In this document: piece by piece, positions 9,056 to 18,601 of the stretch
Layout: every line of letters begins with the position of its first letter
How positions within the stretch are numbered: the first letter of the stretch is position 1
Virus record (IMG/VR): IMGVR_UViG_3300036773_000072
Location: 1-62,741 of that record
Source: a virus
Lineage: Duplodnaviria > Caudoviricetes
Reading direction: 5' to 3' (one strand)
Length of the DNA stretch: 62,741 nucleotides
Notes under the pieces: model-generated
Seen by the model: only the letters and a program-made list of their open reading frames with translations
Told to the model about the DNA's origin: nothing
The model's database searches: none
Program-made: the position numbers and the translations under genes

Positions 9056-9882
9056 GGCGCTTCCGGATCTACCGACCGACGCCACCCGAGCAGCACCTGG
9101 CGACCGGAGCGGCCAACCCGCCGGACGAGGTGCAGCTTGAGGGTTGCGTGTTCAGCGACGGCACGGTGGCGGTCCGCTGGATGACGCAATACCGCTCGGT
9201 CTCGGTCTGGGTCGACTACGACACGTTCGACAAGATCCACGGCCATCCGGAGTACGGCACCGTGGTCGAGTGGCTGGACGACGAGTGATCACCGATCACG
9301 AGGAAGCCTGTGCCCAGGGCCGGCACGGGTTCGTCGTGGTCTACACCCGGCCGCTGCGGCGAGCCTGGCGCAAGCAGAAGTGGTTGCGCTGCTGGTGGTG
9401 CGCGGTGAGTGTCCAAGATCTGTCCGCGAACTGTCACGGCGACCACGTGTGGGACGACGGCAAGCTGGTCGACCTCGGTCGAGCGAAGATCTACACCTGC
9501 CTGTGCTGTCGCAAGCTCACGTTCCACCCTGACCGCGAGGCGCTGCGCACCCGGCTGCGGAACTGGTGGCGCGAGTGGTGCGACGCGGGCATAGTGCTGG
9601 GTTTCCTGTGCCTGAGCGCGGGCGCGAGTGTCGCGCTGATCATCGGTGTGCTCTCGGGTTGGCGCTGATGGGCAAGCACACCGAGACGGAGATCATCGTG
9701 CCCGTGCCAGAGCCGAACACCTTGCCGTGGGCCAAGCCCTATCGGCGCCGATGCCGTGCCCGCCGAGAGCCACGAGGCAGCTACGACTACCACGGCCGCT
9801 GCGAACTGGTGCCCCGGCACGACGGCGATCACGCCTTGGAACGAGGGATGGAGATCCCACGATGGTCAACGAGGTGGACAGC

Positions 9883-10326
9883 GTGACGGACAGTCCGCCG
9901 ATCGCGCTGAACAACGCGCAGGAGGCGCCATTCCCCACCGCGCTGGACGAGCTGGTGGCGGCCTGCACGTACCGGCCGGGCTGGCTGGTGTGGCTGGCCG
10001 ACGAGGAACGTGGACAGGGCAGCAAGGGCTTGACGCTCGTCGTGCTCGCGGTGACTCCGGACAGCTACGCGCCACACGCGGACATCCGGGTTCGCCACCT
10101 GTTCCCCGTGCCGCCGGCCGCCTACGACCGGGCGTCGTGGCAGCGCTGGCTGTTCGAGCAGTTCCTGCTGGTGGAGCGGCACGAGTGCATGGAGTTCTTC
10201 ACGATCGATTCGATCAAGCCCTACGCGCCCAACCACGGGCCGGGGCATGACCCATACGTGGTGCGCGAGCTGACGAGCGACCAGGCGCGGCGCACGAGCT
10301 TCCGGGGCGAGGTCCAGCCCGAGTGA
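9883..10326 (+). CDS. Conserved actinophage hypothetical protein
   Basis: YRPGW…VERHECMEFF…PYAPNHG motif. Confidence 0.7.
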   Translation: MTDSPPIALNNAQEAPFPTALDELVAACTYRPGWLVWLADEERGQGSKGLTLVVLAVTPDSYAPHADIRVRHLFPVPPAAYDRASWQRWLFEQFLLVERHECMEFFTIDSIKPYAPNHGPGHDPYVVRELTSDQARRTSFRGEVQPE

Positions 10327-10561
10327 AGATCCGCCGCTGGCACGTGAATGTGGAGCACCACGGGCGCGGTTGGCGGCGAGTGGCGTGGCGACGAGGCGGC
10401 CGGCTCACCCCGTGGCCGTGGCGGGAGATCGTGCTGCCGGGCATCTCGATCATCATCAGCAGCGCGGAGCCGCGTGACGAGCCGACTTACCGAGCGGACT
10501 ACGGCGGCTGGTACTGAGCACTACGATCAGCGCGACCACGCCTGACCAGGAGGTACCACCG

Positions 10562-10900
10562 ATGGCAACGACCAACGTGAACGCGACTCCGTTCAACAAC
10601 ATGAACCCTGGCGTGCGCGCCGTGACCGACCTGTCCACGGGCGCCGCTGTCGCGGACATCGTCAACGGCAACAGCACCGCCAACAACGGGAGCCTGTGCC
10701 TGTTCATCCTCGGTACGGCCACGGACACGGTGAACGTGACGCTGCCCGAGGAAGCGGGAGCGGACGCGATCCACGTCACGGCGAACGTGCCGATCATGGC
10801 TGGCCCGTTCGAGACCGACCTGTACGGCTCGGTGCTGGCGTTCAAGGCCGGCGCCGTCACAACCAAGATCCTGCCGGTGCAGTTCCCGGAGCTGCCGTGA
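10562..10900 (+). CDS. Small beta-rich protein, possibly virion-associated
   Basis: AGGAGG SD; lies upstream of the portal. Confidence 0.6.
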   Translation: MATTNVNATPFNNMNPGVRAVTDLSTGAAVADIVNGNSTANNGSLCLFILGTATDTVNVTLPEEAGADAIHVTANVPIMAGPFETDLYGSVLAFKAGAVTTKILPVQFPELP

Positions 10901-11247
10901 GCGGGAGTGCGGGAGTACGCCCTGCGGGAGCAGCCACCCCGCAGGGCGTACTCGATTCAGTGACCGAAGTGCTTGCGGTGGCAAGGATCGTGCGCCTGGT
11001 CCAGACGGACTCGATCGCTGACCGACCGCGCAAGGTGGCGGCCGACTGGCTGTACGGGCACAAGCGGTACCGGCTGATGGAGCTTCTGGACTGCCCGTGG
11101 TGCGCGAGCGTGCACGTGGCCGCCGGGCTGCTGGTGCTGCGGGCGCTGTGTCCGCGACTCCACGCCGCGCTCGTGCGGATCATGGCAGGCTCATACGCGG
11201 CGAGCCTGGTCATCGAGCTGACGAGCCGGCTGGACGAGGACCAATGA
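10897..11247 (+). CDS. DUF1360-family membrane protein (alternative start GTG 10960)
   Basis: ARIVRLVQTDSI…ELLDCPWCASV motif. Confidence 0.75.
   Translation: MSGSAGVRPAGAATPQGVLDSVTEVLAVARIVRLVQTDSIADRPRKVAADWLYGHKRYRLMELLDCPWCASVHVAAGLLVLRALCPRLHAALVRIMAGSYAASLVIELTSRLDEDQ
10913..10953. repeat. 16-bp perfect inverted repeat
   Basis: GAGTACGCCCTGCGGG / CCCGCAGGGCGTACTC, 9-nt loop. Confidence 0.85.
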
Positions 11248-11286
11248 TCTTCGGCGAGTGATCATCATGCGGAGGGTGGCAGCGTA

Positions 11287-13932
11287 ATGGGCTGGTTCCG
11301 CGACCGCACCGGTACCGGCCGCAACCGTGCCCCGTCCTCGATGCTCACCGCAGCCGGCATGAGGATCGACCTCCAGGACCGCAACGTCATCAACCGCATT
11401 GCCGCCACCAAGATGAACTGGCAGCACCAAGCCTGGAACTACCGGGACCTGGTGGGCGAGATGGCAGCCGCGCTGCGCTTCCGGGGCAACGCGATGGCGA
11501 AGGTGGCCCTGATCATTGGGCAGGTCAACGACCGGGAAGACGAGCCGATCCGCATGGACGCGGAGAACTGCACGCTGGAGCCGGCGGTGGCCACAGCGGC
11601 GCAGGACGCGCTGAACAGACTGCCCTGGCGCAACGGGCACGCCTTTGCGGCCGTCCTGGACACCTGCTTCTCGGTGACCGGTGAAGCGTGGCTGCACGGC
11701 AAGCCGGACGAGAACGGCGACGAGGTGTGGACGGTTCGCAGCACCGACGAGATCCAGCCGGTGGCGGGCGCGAGCAACCTGGGCGTCGTGGAAGTGCCCG
11801 GCCGCCCGGCCATCCCCATCGACAAGGATCGGGAGGCGCTGCTGCGGCTGTGGGTTCCGCACCCGAGGTTCAAGATGCTGGCCGACTCACCGCTGCGCTC
11901 GATGCTGGACGTGTGCGAGGACATCGTGCTGATCGGCCGCGAGCTGCGCGCAGCCGCCCGCAGTCGGATCGCCGCCAACGGCGTGTGGATGGTGCCCTAC
12001 GGGATGTCCCTGGTGCGCAGGGAGCCCGGAGCGAACGAGTCCGACCCAGAGGCCGACCCGTTCGCGGCCGACCTCGCAGCGGCCATGCTGGCGCCGATCG
12101 CCAACGAGGGCGACGCGGGCGCCGTGGTGCCGATCGTGATCCGGGGCGACGCGGAGGACATCGAGGCCGCCGCGAAGGGCCACATCACGTTCGAGCGCGA
12201 GACCAGTTCAGGTCTGATGGAGAAGCTCAACAACGGCCTGAAGCGGATGGGCGAGACGCTCGATATCCCGCCGACCGTGGTCACCGGGTTGCAGGACACC
12301 AACCACTGGAACGCCTACGTGATCGACGCGCAGACCTGGACCAACCACCTCGAACCGGGCATGAGGTTGCAGGTGGACAGCGTCACTGAGGCGTACCTGC
12401 GGCCGATCCTGGCGATGCCGGTCACCGAGGGCGGCTACGGCCTGACTCTGCAACAGGCGCAGACCGTGCAGGTCTGGTACGACGCGGGCAAGGTCACCGA
12501 GAACGCCAACCGGTCCTCCGACGCGCAGGCAGCGTTCACGCTGGGCGTGATCGGTCCGAAGACGGTGCGCCGGGACATGGGGTACGAGGAATCCGACGCG
12601 CCCACCGAGGACGAGCTGCGCGTCATGCTGGCGTTCAAGGTGAGCCCGGACCCGGCCACCGCCGGAGCCCTGGTCAGTCAGGCGCTCGGCATCCCGCAGG
12701 TGGTGCCGGCCGCGCCCGGAGCACCGCGGCCGGTCAACGGCAAGACGCCTGCCACGCAGCAGGTCAGTCCGCCGCCACCCCGGCGTGCGCTACCGCAGGC
12801 GCAGGCGCCCGTCCCCACATCCACGTCCACGGGTGCGCCGCCGGCACCCGCAGGCGTGCGCGTAGCTGCGGCACGTCCGCAGGGCGTACTCGATTCAGTG
12901 CGGCTCGTGACCGGTGACGACCTGGTGGAGATCGACCGGCACCTGCGCGACCGCCTGATGGTGGCCTGTGACGACGCGGTGATGGCTGCGGTGGAGAAGG
13001 CGGCACACCGCATCGCGTCGGCCGCACAGCACAAGGTCAACCGCGAGATCCTGGCCGACCACCGAGGCGTGGACCTGGCCGTGTTCCTCGGGCCGGAGCG
13101 GGTGGCCGAGCTGGGCGTGGTGCAGGACGCGCTGCTGGCCGCTGCGTTCACCTACCTGTCCGAGCAGTTCGCGAAGTGGTGTCTCCAGGCCATCAAGGCA
13201 TCGTTGCAGCTCGCATCGCTGTCCTACGGGCTGCCGCTCGCGGCCGTGGCCGAGCTGACCCGCACGCTGACCCGGCGCATCCCGACCGGCTGGAACCGCC
13301 TGGAGCACAGTCTGCGGACGCGGGCGCTGAACAAGCTGTACGGCCGGCACGGCACCGAGGACCACGTGGGCGAGGTCGTGGACTCGATCGTGATGCCGGG
13401 TGACATCCGCTCCGCGCTGGCCGTGGTGGGTGGCGAGCCGCGCGCCGGAGTGTCCGACGACGGCCGGGCGCACGGTGATCAGCCGCTGGGCGGTATCGCG
13501 ACCGGCACGGACCTGCACGACGCGATCAGCCTGCGGGCCGACGAGATCGGGTTTCAGTGGCGCTACGGCATCACGCCCCGGCAGAAGGCGTTCGAGCCGC
13601 ATCACGTGCTGGACGGCCGGCGGTTCTCCGGCTGGGACGACAAGGGCCTGGCGACCGACGCGGCCACGGCGTGGCTCGGTGATGTTCTGCGGCCGGGTGA
13701 CCACGCGGGCTGCATGTGCGACTACGTGCCGGTGTGGGCGATCCCAGACGAGATCCAGCGGCTGGAGGCCGACGAGCCCGAGTCGCCATCCATGCAGAAC
13801 GAGCGACTGCTGGCCGACCTGGACAAGGCGGCCGGGCGGACCGGCACCACAGCTCAACGCAGCGTGGCGCAGCGGGAGCGAATACTGGCCGCACAGCAGC
13901 GGTGGCTGGCCAACGCAAGGAGTGGAGCATGA
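11287..13932 (+). CDS. Portal protein fused by a Pro/Ala linker to a MuF-like head morphogenesis domain
   Basis: WQHQAWNY…RLWVPHP…ADSPLR…NHWNA portal motifs; C-terminal PGDHAGCMC. Confidence 0.8.
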   Translation: MGWFRDRTGTGRNRAPSSMLTAAGMRIDLQDRNVINRIAATKMNWQHQAWNYRDLVGEMAAALRFRGNAMAKVALIIGQVNDREDEPIRMDAENCTLEPAVATAAQDALNRLPWRNGHAFAAVLDTCFSVTGEAWLHGKPDENGDEVWTVRSTDEIQPVAGASNLGVVEVPGRPAIPIDKDREALLRLWVPHPRFKMLADSPLRSMLDVCEDIVLIGRELRAAARSRIAANGVWMVPYGMSLVRREPGANESDPEADPFAADLAAAMLAPIANEGDAGAVVPIVIRGDAEDIEAAAKGHITFERETSSGLMEKLNNGLKRMGETLDIPPTVVTGLQDTNHWNAYVIDAQTWTNHLEPGMRLQVDSVTEAYLRPILAMPVTEGGYGLTLQQAQTVQVWYDAGKVTENANRSSDAQAAFTLGVIGPKTVRRDMGYEESDAPTEDELRVMLAFKVSPDPATAGALVSQALGIPQVVPAAPGAPRPVNGKTPATQQVSPPPPRRALPQAQAPVPTSTSTGAPPAPAGVRVAAARPQGVLDSVRLVTGDDLVEIDRHLRDRLMVACDDAVMAAVEKAAHRIASAAQHKVNREILADHRGVDLAVFLGPERVAELGVVQDALLAAAFTYLSEQFAKWCLQAIKASLQLASLSYGLPLAAVAELTRTLTRRIPTGWNRLEHSLRTRALNKLYGRHGTEDHVGEVVDSIVMPGDIRSALAVVGGEPRAGVSDDGRAHGDQPLGGIATGTDLHDAISLRADEIGFQWRYGITPRQKAFEPHHVLDGRRFSGWDDKGLATDAATAWLGDVLRPGDHAGCMCDYVPVWAIPDEIQRLEADEPESPSMQNERLLADLDKAAGRTGTTAQRSVAQRERILAAQQRWLANARSGA

Positions 13933-15890
13933 CCAAGAAGCGGGCCACGGTCGGTCCAGCGGGCGCCGACGCCAAGGCCGAGATCGGTGATCTCAACGAC
14001 AAGGGCGAGCTGCCGCTGTTCTTTCCCGCGCTCGCCGTGGAAGGGCTGGCCACCAGCGACCGCCGGCTGATCAAGCCTGGTGCCCTGGGTCACCGCGCGC
14101 TGCCCTTCTCGATCCTGGCGCAGTACACCAACCCCGGACAGCAGGGCGGCCACGCGGGCGCCGAGGTCATCGGGCACATGACCGAGATGTGGCGCAAGCC
14201 GGGCGAGGAAGTCACCTCGCGGGAGACGGGTGAGCCGTTCCCGGCCGGCACGTTCGTGTGGCAGGGCCGTGGCGTGGCCGACCCGGACACGACGGGTGGC
14301 GCACTGGCGCGCAAGGGGCACCTGCTGGGCAACTCGGTGGACCTGTCCGAGCTGGACTTCACCGAGGATTTCACCGAGGACGGCAAGGACACCGTGACGA
14401 TCACGGCCGGCAAGATCGCCGCGACCACGCTGTGCCCGATACCCGCCTTCGCGGACGCCTACGTGCAGATTGGCGAGGACGAGGATGCGGAGGACTTTGA
14501 CCTGGCGAAGCTGCTGGAGCTGCTGGGCGGTCGGGAGGTCGACACGGTGCTGGTGGCCAGCGGCATGGGTCCGTCGCTCGCCGCGCAGTTGAGCGCGTCG
14601 TGGGACCTGTCGCTGAAGCCGATCCGCGCGGCCGAACTGGGCGACGAGTGCGGGCTGTGTTCGCTGGAGGTGGACGAGGACTGGACCGAGCAGGACGGCC
14701 AGTTCAGCCCGACCGTGGCGAAGCGCAAGCGCGCGTTCGCCCGTGGGTTGGCGATGAAGGGCGACAAGGCGGATGGCTCGGATGCCGCTTACCCGATCGA
14801 GAACCAGGCGGACCTGGACAAGGCCGTCAACATGCGTGGCCAGGGCAGCGCGGACAAGTCGGCCGTGGTGGCGCACATCCGCAAGGTGGCCGGCAAGCTC
14901 AAGCTGAAGGTGCCGGACAGCCTGAAGGCAGCCGGCGAGCCCGTGCTGCCGTCCCTGGCGCTGTTCAGTGACCCGAACCTGCCCGCCTACACCCCGATCA
15001 GCATCGGTGCCTCGCGCGGAGACGGCCGGCGCGAGATCACCGGTCATATCGCCACCTGGAGCGAGTGCCACGCCAGCTACTCCGACGTGTGCGTGCGCCC
15101 GCCGCACAGCCGCACCGACTATGCCCGGTTCATGACCGGCGCGGTGCGGGTGGACGACAACGGCACCGCTCGGGTGGCTGCCGTGGGCCGGGTCACGATG
15201 AGCGACCAGCCCGGTATCGAGGGACACGCCCCGGACGGCCTGTCCGAGTCGGCCGCCGTGCAGCACTACGACAACGTGTGCTGGGCCGTGGCGGACGTGG
15301 CGGCCGGCGAGGACGCCCACGGGATCTGGATTCACGGACTGACCCGGCCGGAGCTGGCCGAGGGTGACGTGGACCGGCTGCTGTCCTCCCCGCTGTCCGG
15401 CGACTGGCGTGGCCATGCCGGCAACCTGGAGCTGTGCGCGGTGCTGGCCGTCAACACGCCCGGCTACGTGGTGCCACGTGCCCGTGTCGCCTCGGGCGTG
15501 CCCGTGTCGCTCGTCGCGGCCGGAATGCTCAAGCCGGGTGGTGAGTTCGCTCCGGCCGGCGGCCTGACGCTCGCGGCGATCCGTACCGTGATCATGAGCT
15601 GCCTGATGGACTTCTTTGACCCGGACAACGATGGGGACATCGACCGGCCGATGGACGACCAGTCCGACGACGGCACCGGTCAGCAGCCGGTGAAGGTCAC
15701 GCCACCGGCAGGCGGGCGAGACAAGGGCACGGCAGGTGGCGGCGAGCCAGTCGGCAAGCAGGCGAACGTGAAGGCGAGCCTGCACAACCGGGCAGCCGAG
15801 GCGCTGCGCGCGATCCGCGCGGACGACGCGCTGGCCGAGCTGGGCGTGGTGCTCCCTTTCGCCAACACGGACGCGGAGACCTCCGGCTGA
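13929..15890 (+). CDS. Capsid maturation protease-like protein with internal DUF6582-like domain
   Basis: EGLATSDRR, TLCPIPAFADA, YPIENQADL…HIRK, GEDAHGIW and LSGDWR…LAVNTPG motifs; follows the portal. Confidence 0.65.
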   Translation: MTKKRATVGPAGADAKAEIGDLNDKGELPLFFPALAVEGLATSDRRLIKPGALGHRALPFSILAQYTNPGQQGGHAGAEVIGHMTEMWRKPGEEVTSRETGEPFPAGTFVWQGRGVADPDTTGGALARKGHLLGNSVDLSELDFTEDFTEDGKDTVTITAGKIAATTLCPIPAFADAYVQIGEDEDAEDFDLAKLLELLGGREVDTVLVASGMGPSLAAQLSASWDLSLKPIRAAELGDECGLCSLEVDEDWTEQDGQFSPTVAKRKRAFARGLAMKGDKADGSDAAYPIENQADLDKAVNMRGQGSADKSAVVAHIRKVAGKLKLKVPDSLKAAGEPVLPSLALFSDPNLPAYTPISIGASRGDGRREITGHIATWSECHASYSDVCVRPPHSRTDYARFMTGAVRVDDNGTARVAAVGRVTMSDQPGIEGHAPDGLSESAAVQHYDNVCWAVADVAAGEDAHGIWIHGLTRPELAEGDVDRLLSSPLSGDWRGHAGNLELCAVLAVNTPGYVVPRARVASGVPVSLVAAGMLKPGGEFAPAGGLTLAAIRTVIMSCLMDFFDPDNDGDIDRPMDDQSDDGTGQQPVKVTPPAGGRDKGTAGGGEPVGKQANVKASLHNRAAEALRAIRADDALAELGVVLPFANTDAETSG

Positions 15891-16126
15891 CCTTCGCGTC
15901 TCGGCTGGAGGTAGGCCGAGGCAGCAAGCTGTGGCGCTACTGGGTAGGGCCGAAGGGTTCCGCGCGGTACATGGGCGCGGCGCACCCCTGGACGACCCTG
16001 CGGGACGCGCTGATCTCCGAAGGCGTGCCGGCAAGCCAGGCCGCCGGACTGGCCACCAACATCATGATGGCGACGCCAGCGGGTCGCGCGCTGTTCAAGG
16101 CACATCATCCGGGCAAGGCTCGGTGA
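15854..16126 (+). CDS. -1 frameshift C-terminal extension of the protease-like protein
   Basis: Slippery C_CCT_TTC at 15854-15860; -1 frame open to TGA 16124-16126, encodes KLWRYW…HPWTTL; its stop overlaps the next start. Confidence 0.7.
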   Translation, partial: PFRQHGRGDLRLTFASRLEVGRGSKLWRYWVGPKGSARYMGAAHPWTTLRDALISEGVPASQAAGLATNIMMATPAGRALFKAHHPGKAR

Positions 16127-16530
16127 GCGCTTCCCCGCCGCACCGCGTGCAGGCGTCGCTGCTGCTGCTGGGTCTTCAGGCGGTCGCGGCCGTGCTGCAC
16201 GCGGTGCCCGGCCTGGTGTACCCATCGAGGACAGGCCGCACGACCACGCGCCTGGTCGCCTATATCCAGGATCTCGGTCCGCTGTGGGTGCTGGCCTTCG
16301 GGGTGTCCTCGCTGCTGCTGGGCGGGCTGCTGTGGCGAGGACGCGGAGTGCACTATGGACACCTAGGGTGCGCAGCCGTGTGGGTGATGTACGTGGTGGC
16401 CCTGTGGATCGGGGCACTGGCGGACACTCCGCACGGCACCGTGTTCTATCCGGTGGTCACCACGATCGTGTTCAGCTTCCACCTGCTGCTGGCCGCCAGC
16501 TACAACGAGGACGCGGAGCGGAGACGGTAG
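16123..16530 (+). CDS. Four-TM membrane protein, holin-like
   Basis: Four hydrophobic segments. Confidence 0.6.
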   Translation: MSASPPHRVQASLLLLGLQAVAAVLHAVPGLVYPSRTGRTTTRLVAYIQDLGPLWVLAFGVSSLLLGGLLWRGRGVHYGHLGCAAVWVMYVVALWIGALADTPHGTVFYPVVTTIVFSFHLLLAASYNEDAERRR

Positions 16531-16868
16531 TGGACGCGAATGTGATCGGCACGCTGGTGTCCGGTCTGTCCGCGTTCCTGTTCGTGATCCTGGCCCTGCT
16601 GTCGTTTCGGTCCCGGCGCACGAGCAACGAGGCTCGCGACCTGCGGGCAGTGCGTGCGACCAACGTCGCCTCGCTGCGCTGGGCCTACCAGGTGCAGGTG
16701 ATGGCCGCCGTGCGGGGTTGGGAACTGCCGCCGGTCCCTTTGGAGATGTCACCCGAGTACCTTGCGGGCAAGGCCGCAGGCGAGGGTAACCAGGAGCTGG
16801 CCCAGCTCGCGCAGCTCGCCCAGAGCCTGATTCCGCCAGGGAGCCAGACAGGAGGCGCCCCACCATGA
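16530..16868 (+). CDS. Single-TM membrane protein
   Basis: N-terminal TM followed by a basic patch. Confidence 0.6.
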   Translation: MDANVIGTLVSGLSAFLFVILALLSFRSRRTSNEARDLRAVRATNVASLRWAYQVQVMAAVRGWELPPVPLEMSPEYLAGKAAGEGNQELAQLAQLAQSLIPPGSQTGGAPP

Positions 16869-17692
16869 GCAGCCTGCACGAGATGCCGACCGAGACCCAA
16901 CCGGCGTCCGGTCGTGCTGGGCGAGCCGTCCGCCGCATCCCTGCGTGGGTCCTGCTCGCGATGGGCGCGCTGGTCGTGGCCGCGCTGATCCCGCTGTCGA
17001 TCCTGCTCACCTCGCACGCCAATGCCAGCCAGGCCAGTGCCGACACGGCGAACAGTGGACTGGTCGCGGTCAAGAGTCAGGCCGCTCCGCTGGCCGGACA
17101 GGTGCGTGCGGTCTGCGGTCAGGGTGGCGCCGCAGCCGTACAGCTCAACGCGGCCGGAGCCTGCACGCAGGCCAACAAGGTGGCGTCCGTCGTATCCGGA
17201 CCACCTGGACCGCCCGGACCCGGACCGAGCCAGGCGCAGATCGATGAGGCCGTCAACAGCTACTTCCTGTCGCACCCGCTGCCGCCCGGCCAGCTTCCGC
17301 CCGTGACCGAGGTCGCCGGGCTGGTGGCGAGCTACCTGGCGGCCAATCCGCCGGCACCAGGACAGAACGCGACGCCGCAGATGGTCGCGGACGCGGTCAG
17401 CGGCTACTGCGCGAACCACAACGGCTGCGCCGGTCCGGCGGGGCAGAACGCGACCGATGCGCAGGTGGCGAATCAGGTGGCCGCGTACTGCGCCGCGCAC
17501 AACGGCTGTGCCGGTCCACAGGGTTCGGCAGGTACGAACGGGACGGATGGCGCAACGGGAGCAACCGGCGCAACTGGCCCCCCTGGGCCGCCGGTCGCTG
17601 GCTGGACGTTCACCGACGTGCTGGGGATGAAGCACACCTGCACGCGCGATGCCGGCTCGCCGGACAGCGCGGCCACCTACACTTGCACCTGA
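16865..17692 (+). CDS. Membrane-anchored protein with YC…HNGC repeats and collagen-like GXY tract
   Basis: TM helix, repeated GQNAT…V..YC..HNGCAGP, then GTNGTDGATGATGATGPPGPP. Confidence 0.7.
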   Translation: MSSLHEMPTETQPASGRAGRAVRRIPAWVLLAMGALVVAALIPLSILLTSHANASQASADTANSGLVAVKSQAAPLAGQVRAVCGQGGAAAVQLNAAGACTQANKVASVVSGPPGPPGPGPSQAQIDEAVNSYFLSHPLPPGQLPPVTEVAGLVASYLAANPPAPGQNATPQMVADAVSGYCANHNGCAGPAGQNATDAQVANQVAAYCAAHNGCAGPQGSAGTNGTDGATGATGATGPPGPPVAGWTFTDVLGMKHTCTRDAGSPDSAATYTCT

Positions 17693-17780
17693 CGGCCGGA
17701 CTTCCACTGCCTGCCCACGGGCGCCGCGTAGGCGGCTACCAGCGTAAGAGCACGACACCCGGCCGTCGCCCCTGCATACA

Positions 17781-17821
17781 GAACGACCCCGGTCGCGTGC
17801 GCTGCGCTTCCGGGGTCGTTC
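17781..17821. terminator. Hairpin between convergent genes
   Basis: GAACGACCCCGG / CCGGGGTCGTTC. Confidence 0.7.
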
Positions 17822-17887
17822 TGGTCTGTCCTGCCTGGCGACACATGCCGAGGGCCGTGCTGCCTGGCCGAACCGACATTGAGCAGT

Positions 17888-18217
17888 CTACCCCATCGAG
17901 CTACCGGGGGAAGTCGACGTGTCCAGCGTGTCTGCCGGCTGCACGACGGGCTCCGGACTCGGTGGCGGGTTGGTCGTGCCGCCACCCGTGGGCGAGCCGG
18001 CAGTGGTGAGCGCGGTCTGTGCCGAGGTGGTGGCCTGCTGGATCGTGGACACGCGCTGCTCGATCTCAGCGGCGAGGGTGGCCGCGTCCGTGGTATTGCC
18101 GGCGGCAAGCTGCTGCTGGAGCTGCTGCACCTGCTCCACGACTGTGGCCAGCTCGGACGAGATGCCGGATACGGCCGTGTCGAGGTCACCGAGTGCGGTG
18201 GTGATGGCGTCGGTCAT
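17888..18217 (-). CDS. Coiled-coil hypothetical protein
   Basis: AGGAGG SD on the minus strand; MTDAITTALGDLD…. Confidence 0.65.
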   Translation of the reverse strand: MTDAITTALGDLDTAVSGISSELATVVEQVQQLQQQLAAGNTTDAATLAAEIEQRVSTIQQATTSAQTALTTAGSPTGGGTTNPPPSPEPVVQPADTLDTSTSPGSSMG

Positions 18218-18525
18218 GGTGTCGATCCTCCTGCTGATGACGATGACGACCCGGTCGAGGTCGTGGCGGGTGATGCCGGTTCGGTCGGAGTCGAACCGGC
18301 TGACGTAGGGTCCGCCGTCGCTGGGTCCTTGAGGTGCGGCGAGCTGACGGTGATGTGCGCCGCCTGCTCCAGGTGCTGAATGATCGACAGGAGTGCCGGC
18401 GACTCGTCCGCCAGCTTGTTGATCTCCGCGCCCGCGTCGCTGATGATGGCCAAGATCTTCGCGGCGATGCTGCCTTCTACGGCCTTGAGCTGTGCGAACC
18501 GTGGTCCGATGTCCGCGAGTCCCAC
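18214..18525 (-). CDS. Hypothetical protein
   Basis: AGGAGG SD, GTG start, overlaps the next gene. Confidence 0.65.
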   Translation of the reverse strand: MGLADIGPRFAQLKAVEGSIAAKILAIISDAGAEINKLADESPALLSIIQHLEQAAHITVSSPHLKDPATADPTSAGSTPTEPASPATTSTGSSSSSAGGSTP

Positions 18526-18536
18526 GTGACCTCCTA

Positions 18537-18566
18537 TTGTGCCCCGCTAGAGACGGGGGGTAACAT
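18537..18566 (+). promoter_or_regulatory. Repeated promoter/operator, copy 3
   Basis: TTGTGC-N18-TAACAT. Confidence 0.8.
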
Positions 18567-18601
18567 CCGACAGAGACCCAACCTACCGCGAGGGGAAGCT
18601 G

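Noticed and set aside
17694-17760. HDV-like/theta ribozyme (GGCCGG…TTCCAC)
   Set aside because: P3 and the nested pseudoknot pairings could not be built
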